Assembly (NCBI GenBank): GCA_050012755.1
Contig: JBEKGO010000002.1
Location: forward strand, 64,001 to 128,000
DNA: 64,000 nucleotides
Direction: 5' to 3'
From: Candidatus Bathyarchaeia archaeon
Lineage (GTDB): Archaea > Thermoproteota > Bathyarchaeia > Bathyarchaeales > Bathycorpusculaceae
A program made the translations under genes and the position numbers. The notes under the pieces were generated by a model. The model saw nothing but the letters and a program-made list of their open reading frames with translations. It ran no database searches and was not told the origin of the DNA. Below are positions 57,135 to 64,000 of this stretch, in pieces (the first letter of the stretch is position 1; each line of letters starts with the position of its first letter).

Positions 57135-58112
57135 ATGAGCAATGAACAGAAGACCGTCAGAATAGAAGACATCCACCAACAAATCGAAAAGCTAAAGGAA
57201 CAGGCTAATACAGCAAACGCTCAAATAACAAAACATATCGAGCAAAGAGACCAGTTAAACGAATTAGTAAAGAAAACTCATCAAGAAATCAATGAGTTGA
57301 AGACAGAGCGCGACAGCTTAAACGAAAAAGTCAAGTTGCTGAAACAGCAACGAGACATTATCAGAGCCAAAGCCTCACCCATTATCGAGCAAATAAATGC
57401 CAGAAAAGAAAGAATCGCTGAATACAAAAAAAAGTTACCGCGTGAACGGCAGCAGGATCTTCAGCAAGAGTTTGAAGCAATTGAATGGAAAATACAGACG
57501 ACTTCTCTTGATTTGCAAGAAGAAAAAAGGCTGATTGAAAATGTCAAGCAGCTTGAAACTCTTCTCAGTGCTTACAAAAAAATTGATGCCCAAAACAAAA
57601 AAATCAAGGATTTAATAATTCAACGTAAAGCCATTGAAGATGAAGCTGACGTATTTCATAATGAGCTAACTGAATTAGCCAAGAAAAGTCAAGATTTACA
57701 TTCGAAAATGATTGAAAAAGTGAACGCTGCGAAAATCAGCAGAGCTCAAGCTGACGGCTTACATCAAGCTTACATTAAAACAAAGGAAGATATTGTCCAG
57801 ATGTACGTGAAAATCGCGGAATTAACTGGGCAATTACGTGCTTTACGGACAGCCATGTATGAGGAGGAAAAACTCAGAAGAATGGCAGCGCAGCTAGCAT
57901 ATAGGGAAAAAGAGAAGGCGTATAAAGAAAGAGAGAACGCAGCTAAAGAACAACAACAAGTTGTGAAAGAAAAACAGCAAGCTATTAAAGAGAAACTTGG
58001 GGCTGAAGCGAAAGAAAAGCTGAAAAGGGGCGAAAAATTAAGTTGGAATGAATTCCAGCTTGCTTTGGGCGACGAGCCTGAAGAGGATCCTGAAACAAAA
58101 AATTCAAGTTAA
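57135..58112 (+). CDS. Archaeal coiled-coil protein (COG1340-like)
   Basis: Heptad repeats, EWKIQT..L..E and KLKRGEKLS. Confidence 0.8.
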   Translation: MSNEQKTVRIEDIHQQIEKLKEQANTANAQITKHIEQRDQLNELVKKTHQEINELKTERDSLNEKVKLLKQQRDIIRAKASPIIEQINARKERIAEYKKKLPRERQQDLQQEFEAIEWKIQTTSLDLQEEKRLIENVKQLETLLSAYKKIDAQNKKIKDLIIQRKAIEDEADVFHNELTELAKKSQDLHSKMIEKVNAAKISRAQADGLHQAYIKTKEDIVQMYVKIAELTGQLRALRTAMYEEEKLRRMAAQLAYREKEKAYKERENAAKEQQQVVKEKQQAIKEKLGAEAKEKLKRGEKLSWNEFQLALGDEPEEDPETKNSS

Positions 58113-58140
58113 CTTAGGTGTATTGGGAATAGAGATGTAG

Positions 58141-59346
58141 ATGGCTAAGAGGGAAACGCAAGAACCAACGCAAAAGCGTATCCTAATTTTATGTGTTGAT
58201 AGAGATGGCGATTTGGAAATTAAGGCAAGAATAAAAACGCCGCTTTTGGGAAGAACCGCAAATTTGGACGGCGCAGTTTCTTTAGCCTTAAAAGATCCAG
58301 AAGAACCTGACGCAAATGCCATGTTTGAAGCTGTTAGGCTTTATGATAGATTACAGAATGAAAAGCAGCCTGAAGAAATCTTTGAAGTTGCCACTATATC
58401 GGGGTCTGAGTTAGGCGGCGTTAGTGCTGACAGAAAACTGGTTGTTGAATTAAGCAATTTGCTTGAATCGTTTAGCGCCAATGAGGTTATTCTGGTTTCT
58501 GACGGCTACTCTGACGAGGCAATTTTACCTCTTGTAGAATCCAGAGTGCCTGTTTCTTCAGTTAGACGAATAGTAATAAAGCATAGTGAATCAATCGAAG
58601 AAACCGCAGCTCTTTTCACAAAATATCTTCGATTAATTGTGGATAACCCAAGATATGCACGTATGGCTTTGGGTTTGCCCGGTCTGTTGGTTTTCATTTT
58701 TGGTATTTTATGGGGAATCAACCTGTTTTATCCGGGCACTATATATTATTACGGAGTAGCGATAGTCATTGTTCTTGGCGGTTTCTTACTTGTCAAGGGC
58801 TTTGGCGTGGACAAATCAGCTAAAAGCCTCTACACATGGGCAAAAGAATATTCGCCACCATCGCTGCCGATGCAAATTTCAAACTACACGATTATCGCAG
58901 GAATACTATGTGTGGCAGTAAGTGTTTATCTTGGCATAGCAAACGTCACAAACAACGATGCACCTTTCGTTCTCACACCAAGAATAGCCACTTTCTTTAT
59001 CAAAGGTATCCAGGACCTTATCGTAGCAGGCATAATAATTGTTCTTTTTGGACGAAGTGTGCGCCTATACTTTGAAAGAGACTCAAGATTGCTTCGCAAT
59101 GTTGCATTGATAGTTACAGTTGCATGGTTCCGCTGGATTTTGGAAGCAACAGCAAACGTAGTTGCCAACGCATTTAACTCAACAGGACAGCCCATAATTG
59201 GCTTTAGCAACCCATACTTTTCAACCTTCATCTTTACTATAGTAGTCGGCATTCTAATCGGCATTGCTTCAGTTCTATTAATTTTCATTACCAGCAGATC
59301 AACAAAAGATTTCTTTCAAAAAACAGATAAGAATCTCGCAAAATAG
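58141..59346 (+). CDS. DUF373-family membrane protein
   Basis: VDRDGD, DPEEPDAN, VSDG.SDE and C-terminal TMs. Confidence 0.85.
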   Translation: MAKRETQEPTQKRILILCVDRDGDLEIKARIKTPLLGRTANLDGAVSLALKDPEEPDANAMFEAVRLYDRLQNEKQPEEIFEVATISGSELGGVSADRKLVVELSNLLESFSANEVILVSDGYSDEAILPLVESRVPVSSVRRIVIKHSESIEETAALFTKYLRLIVDNPRYARMALGLPGLLVFIFGILWGINLFYPGTIYYYGVAIVIVLGGFLLVKGFGVDKSAKSLYTWAKEYSPPSLPMQISNYTIIAGILCVAVSVYLGIANVTNNDAPFVLTPRIATFFIKGIQDLIVAGIIIVLFGRSVRLYFERDSRLLRNVALIVTVAWFRWILEATANVVANAFNSTGQPIIGFSNPYFSTFIFTIVVGILIGIASVLLIFITSRSTKDFFQKTDKNLAK

Positions 59347-59450
59347 TTTTCTCCCGAAACTAGGGCAAGATTTAATTGAATCCAATAAGGTTTAAAATAT
59401 AATGCATCGTTCAAAACGTCAAATACGCTTAACATGCGAGGTCGCGCTTA

Positions 59451-60248
59451 ATGCTTAAAAAAATGCTTTCTGCCATCGGCGCCTACAAGATATACGAAAA
59501 ATGGCTTTGGCAACAGGTCAAAAACGGAGTAAAACCTGAACACATCGCCATAATACTAGATGGAAATAGGCGATGGGCAAATGAAAAAGAAACTAAACCT
59601 TTGCTTTTGAAGGATAAATGGGGTCATGCCGAGGGCGCTGACACTGTGGAACAACTTTTAGATTGGTGCCATCTGATCAACGTAAAATATGTAACGCTTT
59701 ACACTTTTTCGACAGAGAATTTTGCCCGACACTCAGATGAAGTAGAAAAAATTATGCAGCTTGCTGAGGAGAGGTTTCGCAAGCTTCTAAAAGATGAACG
59801 TTTACATCGGGACAAGATTCATGTTAAAGTCATGGGCAGAGTTAACATGTTGCCTGAAAGTTTACAGAAAACCATCGCCGAGCTTGAGAAAGCAACTGCT
59901 GAATATGATTGTTACTTCTGGAACTTTGCTTTCGCATACGGCGGCAGAGCTGAAATTATAGATGCAACTAAAAAGATTGCATTGAAAGTCAAGGAAGGTG
60001 AGCTGGATGTGGATGACGTGAATGAGAGCACTTTTGAAAAGTACCTCTATACTTCACACATGGATAAGCAAGATCCTGACATGATTATAAGAACGTCAGG
60101 TGAAGAACGGTTAAGCGGATTCTTGCTTTGGCAAGCCGCCTACAGCGAACTGCTCTTTTTAGATGTGTATTGGCCTGACTTCCGCTTAATCGATCTGTAT
60201 AGAGCAATTAGAACTTTCCAAAACCGTAAACGTCGGTTCGGCGCCTAA
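59451..60248 (+). CDS. uppS: cis-Prenyltransferase (polyprenyl diphosphate synthase)
   Basis: HIAIILDGNRRW, FSTENF, YGGR and RTSGEERLSGF. Confidence 0.95.
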   Translation: MLKKMLSAIGAYKIYEKWLWQQVKNGVKPEHIAIILDGNRRWANEKETKPLLLKDKWGHAEGADTVEQLLDWCHLINVKYVTLYTFSTENFARHSDEVEKIMQLAEERFRKLLKDERLHRDKIHVKVMGRVNMLPESLQKTIAELEKATAEYDCYFWNFAFAYGGRAEIIDATKKIALKVKEGELDVDDVNESTFEKYLYTSHMDKQDPDMIIRTSGEERLSGFLLWQAAYSELLFLDVYWPDFRLIDLYRAIRTFQNRKRRFGA

Positions 60249-60254
60249 GAAGGT

Positions 60255-61478
60255 CTAAACGCGTTTTTTGGCGCTAACTATCGAGATGACGTCTCTGTCT
60301 TTCAAGATAGCGTCTTCACCGATTCTTCTTTTGTCCCGGGCGTCCACCGCATAAATGAAGTTATCTCCAAGCTCACTATGAATTACGTAGGCGAATTGCC
60401 TTGCAGTTGTTCCTTGCGGAACCAAATAAGTGTCTGGCAACACTCTTCCATTGTGGTCAGAGAGATGCTCCAAATCTTCAACAGGATAAACCGTAATCAT
60501 GTTGAGAAGCTTAAAGTAAGCCATGTTCATAGCATTTTGGACGCCTGTTGACCCGTAGTTAACAAGCACTTTTTCATGTATTGCCTCCAGAGCTTTAATC
60601 TGTACAGTTGATAGTTTTTCTGAATGCGTTATCTTAAAGTCACTGTCGCCCGGCTTGTAATCAATTAATTGTTTTTCGGCAGCTCGCCTCAGCCCAAGTT
60701 CAGCTTCGGAAGAACAGGGAATGACCATGTAATCAAGCTCTTTCATACGCCGTAAATTTGCTTCAGCTGTCGGCAAATCAATCTTGTTTGCAACAATCAG
60801 CATTGGTTTTGACATGCACCTTAAGGTGTCAACAAACCGGTAAAAGTCGTCGTCAGACCAAGTGGTTGGTTTGTCTATGTTTAAATTGGCTTTTCGAATG
60901 GCTTCACCGACTAGCTGCCGCTTTATGCCTAAACCTGTTAGTCGATCCTCAAGCGGCAAAGCAATGCCTTTTTTATCGGCTTCAGCGGTTCGAGCAATTT
61001 TTGACCAATCTTTCTTAAGAATTGTCACCATCCACATTGTTATTTCCCGTTCAAGAAACTTTACGTCTTCCAGCGGGTCATGCTCACCAGGTTTGCAGCT
61101 TTTTCCTTCGCAGTCTGTTCCACCTGAAGCATCAACCACATGGACAAGTGCATCGGCTCTGCGTATTTCGTCTAGGAATTGGTTGCCTAAGCCACGTCCT
61201 TCCCAAGCACCAGGAACAATTCCAGCAATGTCGATCAATTCTACGGGAACAAGCCTTACGCCATCGAGGCAAAGCGAATTTTTCGGGTTATCCTTAACTT
61301 CAAATTCTTCATGAACGCAGGGCGTTCGAACATAACCGACGCCTCTGTTTGGTTTAATGGTAGTGAATGGATAATTGGCGATTTCAGCAGCCACTAGGGT
61401 TGCTGCACTGAAAAATGTCGATTTGCCCGTATTAGGCTTTCCAACTACGCCGAGTAAACGCGAATAAGACTTTTGCAT
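60255..61478 (-). CDS. Obg-family NTPase (archaeal YchF/Ygr210-like) with TGS domain
   Basis: GKPNTGKS, YPFTT, DIAG, NKID and a C-terminal TGS domain. Confidence 0.9.
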   Translation of the reverse strand: MQKSYSRLLGVVGKPNTGKSTFFSAATLVAAEIANYPFTTIKPNRGVGYVRTPCVHEEFEVKDNPKNSLCLDGVRLVPVELIDIAGIVPGAWEGRGLGNQFLDEIRRADALVHVVDASGGTDCEGKSCKPGEHDPLEDVKFLEREITMWMVTILKKDWSKIARTAEADKKGIALPLEDRLTGLGIKRQLVGEAIRKANLNIDKPTTWSDDDFYRFVDTLRCMSKPMLIVANKIDLPTAEANLRRMKELDYMVIPCSSEAELGLRRAAEKQLIDYKPGDSDFKITHSEKLSTVQIKALEAIHEKVLVNYGSTGVQNAMNMAYFKLLNMITVYPVEDLEHLSDHNGRVLPDTYLVPQGTTARQFAYVIHSELGDNFIYAVDARDKRRIGEDAILKDRDVISIVSAKKRV

Positions 61479-61694
61479 TTTTGGTTCCTGCAGTATCCTT
61501 GCGGTGTATAGTGCTATATTAATTGTGCTTCTGCAATAGGAAAACAGCAATGTATAGGCTTTCAACAAGCTGAATATGTTCAGGTGATATCCTAATTTAG
61601 CATTCAGATGAACCCAGCAGCACTCGCTCGCTTCCCTAAAGCTGATACATTTTTAAGAGTGAGCGGTTGAAGTTTTTCTAAGAAGCGATTAACC

Positions 61695-62363
61695 TTGAAA
61701 ATCGTAAATGGAATCTATCAGGTTGAAGGCGTGAACTGCAATGTTTACCTTGTTGAAGACGGAGACAAACTGATTCTAATCGACACTGGTTTGCCTCGAA
61801 GCGACAAAAAAATAATAAAATATATTGAAAGTTTAAGTCATAGGCCCTCAGATGTAGCTACGACTGTTATTACACATTTCCATATTGATCACGTAGGGTC
61901 CCTCAAAAAAGTGCAGGAAGCCACAGGCTCGAAAGTTGCAGTTGGCGAATTTGACGCTGAAATTGTTGCTGGAAAGAAATCGCCGCCTAAACCTAAGAAT
62001 TTAATGTTCAGGGCGTTTAGTTCTGTTATTAAACCTGCACCCATAAAGCCTGACGCTGTTTTGAAAGAAGGCGATAGTATTGGAGGGCTCACAGTTATTC
62101 TTACCGCTGGACATAGTGAAGGAAGCATTTCATTGTTAGACACCAAAAGAAAGGTTATGTTTGTTGGGGATGCTCTCAGATTCGTGAATGGTAAACTTAC
62201 TGAGTCGCCCGGACAATTTAATTTAGATTCAGCTAAAGCAAGAGAGTCTATAGGTAAAATCTCAACATTTGATTTCGACGTAATGCTTGGGGGACATGGC
62301 GACCCCTTGATGCCTGACGCTTCGCAAAAAGTGAAAGATTTCTATGCTACTCTAAAACAGTAG
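61695..62363 (+). CDS. MBL-fold metallohydrolase
   Basis: IDTG, THFHIDH, GHS, GD and GH. Confidence 0.88.
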   Translation: MKIVNGIYQVEGVNCNVYLVEDGDKLILIDTGLPRSDKKIIKYIESLSHRPSDVATTVITHFHIDHVGSLKKVQEATGSKVAVGEFDAEIVAGKKSPPKPKNLMFRAFSSVIKPAPIKPDAVLKEGDSIGGLTVILTAGHSEGSISLLDTKRKVMFVGDALRFVNGKLTESPGQFNLDSAKARESIGKISTFDFDVMLGGHGDPLMPDASQKVKDFYATLKQ

Positions 62364-62487
62364 AGCTCATGTCAGGTTTGTTTTCTGTTTTGCCGTTAGC
62401 ACAGTAACCATTGTTTTTGCCCCTTAATGCTGAGAAGATAACTGCAGTGAAACAGAGCACCGCTACGATTGTAAAGGCTTCACTTGC

Positions 62488-63291
62488 TCATTGGATGTTC
62501 TTTGCTTTTGGGCCCTTCAATTCCAACAGAGTTTCCAAAGTTTTATGGCATTTACTGCATTGTAACATGGAATTTCCACAGGCGGAACAGAACAACTCCC
62601 CTTTCTGAAGACGCTCCAAAAGCTCCAGCAAATCTGCTTTATTCTCCAAATCCCGAGCTGTCTCCTCTTTTGCTATTGGCGCCTCCATCACATCTGTTTT
62701 TGGCTGCTCACCCGAAACAATCTCGCTGTAAACGTGAGTTATGCTGGTTTTGCCATCTCGAAGTTTCTGCTTGTCATCTTCGCTTGCTTTTTCCAGTATT
62801 TTTTTGCCTCGCTCAAAAGTGCGTGTTGAAACACCGGCTTTTTTGGCGACTACTTCGGTTGCTTTTGCCTTAAATTCGGGCTCAGCGTCTTCTGGCGCTA
62901 ATCCTAACTGTAGGTTTCGTCCATTCTTTCCGCCCTTAGACTGCCGTTGCTTTGCCAGGGCCTTCTCGATCTCAAGCAGCGGTACGGCCAACTCTACAAG
63001 CTGAAAATTGTTCAGGTGACGACGTCTAAGGTTAGTTTCTATTACAAATTTTTTCTCTAAGAGTTTATCGTCAAACTTTCGGACTTCAAAATCCGGTTCA
63101 ATACCCAGTTCAGTACATGCACGGTACCTATGATGCCCATCTAAAACTTCCATGTCCTCGTTCACTATTATGGCATAATGCTGTCCTTCCGCTTGTATGG
63201 ATGCTTTTAGCTCGGCGAATTCTTCTTCAGACATTTTAGGCAGCAATTTTTCGTATTCTGGGTTAATGCGTAGGCTCATGGCAGTCGCCAT
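62488..63291 (-). CDS. ParB/Srx N-terminal domain protein with HTH and C-terminal zinc ribbon
   Basis: LKASIQAEG, LDGHHRYRA, NLRRRHL, AKKAGVSTRT and CSAC..CSKC. Confidence 0.8.
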   Translation of the reverse strand: MATAMSLRINPEYEKLLPKMSEEEFAELKASIQAEGQHYAIIVNEDMEVLDGHHRYRACTELGIEPDFEVRKFDDKLLEKKFVIETNLRRRHLNNFQLVELAVPLLEIEKALAKQRQSKGGKNGRNLQLGLAPEDAEPEFKAKATEVVAKKAGVSTRTFERGKKILEKASEDDKQKLRDGKTSITHVYSEIVSGEQPKTDVMEAPIAKEETARDLENKADLLELLERLQKGELFCSACGNSMLQCSKCHKTLETLLELKGPKAKNIQ

Positions 63292-64000
63292 TTGTGGATT
63301 TACCTTTTGGCTGATTTATTATTTAAGTTAAAGGGTAAAGCCTGCCACAGGTGAGAGAGTCGACTTTTTAGCTGAAAGATTACTTGGAAAAGAGAAGAGG
63401 AAATCAATTTAGCCATGTAATTAGCCAGCAAATTGGGAGACAAGCGCTCAGAAAACAAGTGAGTTAAGGCTAAGAGACTATAATGTTGGCTCCACGAAGC
63501 AATAACATACTCTTTTATTTTTTGTTGAGATTTGTGTATATGCGCAGTGACGACCTAAGCAGTTCGTTTGGCGAATCAATAGTTAACAAAAATGTGACCT
63601 TCTCTCTCCTCGATTCTCCTAGATTTTTTAGATGTCGCATGGTTAACTGGACTGATTCGCCGAACAATACTTTTCGTTAATTAAGCAACCTAAAGCCATT
63701 TTAAGGAAATATGTAACATTTTTTTTCAACCTCTGGAAGGAACTAAAAAAACGAAATACACGGGACATGTAGCTGGACTACGCAAGTTATATTAAATAGC
63801 ATGCACCTAAATTTTATCAAACTAATAAGATAATTAAAATCTCATTATTGCGAGATAAACTCGCTATATGCGATTTAATATAATTAAATAATTTACAAAT
63901 AGGAAGTGCATATTTACGGGAACATCCCAAACATTTACGATAAAGTACGTTATCCACGCGAAATTTGAAATTGAAGGCGTAGTTGAAAAACCTGATGTTA

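Noticed and set aside
333-63004. Numerous 60-150 aa ORFs antisense to or nested in well-supported genes
   Set aside because: Shadow ORFs with no motifs or translation signals.
63483-63680. 65-aa ORF, and ORB-like motifs in the terminal spacer
   Set aside because: No protein-like features, and no convincing ORB consensus (TCCA-N3-GAAA plus G-string).

Overview
Archaeal chromosomal DNA. The gene content (rpl13e, RNase P Rpp30/Pop5, aIF-1A, aIF-2beta, Rio1/Dim2, IPEF-type surface anchors, many TTG starts) points to a TACK archaeon, most plausibly Ca. Bathyarchaeia; this is an inference, not a database result. Layout: (1) 1-6619 is housekeeping: L15e, L13e, RNase P proteins, a LeuA-family Claisen enzyme resembling Re-citrate synthase, and porGDAB. 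(2) About 6820-22360 is a ~15.5 kb accessory island between porG and a B12-radical-SAM gene, bounded by a 12-bp direct repeat. It has a tyrosine recombinase at each end, both lacking the canonical first catalytic Arg. It also carries a P4/D5-type SF3 helicase with no primase domain, two divergent switches with palindromic operators, several AbrB-like and Cys-rich microproteins, and PIN and HEPN-like nuclease cargo. No capsid or conjugation genes are recognisable. (3) 22424-31899 holds tRNA-Asn (with an unusual C55), glmU/glmM, a 16-bp palindrome followed by a 10-bp-period array, a PfkB kinase and a prepilin peptidase. (4) 33335-44899 is a type IV pilus-like operon: ATPase, TadC-like platform and five pilin-like proteins, including a 1403-aa repeat adhesin. 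(5) 45090-64000 is mostly housekeeping, plus an in-frame sdhA/sdhB deletion chimera next to aspA and an orphan ParB-like gene. No CRISPR array, rRNA or reverse transcriptase was seen. All assignments come from motif recognition by eye.
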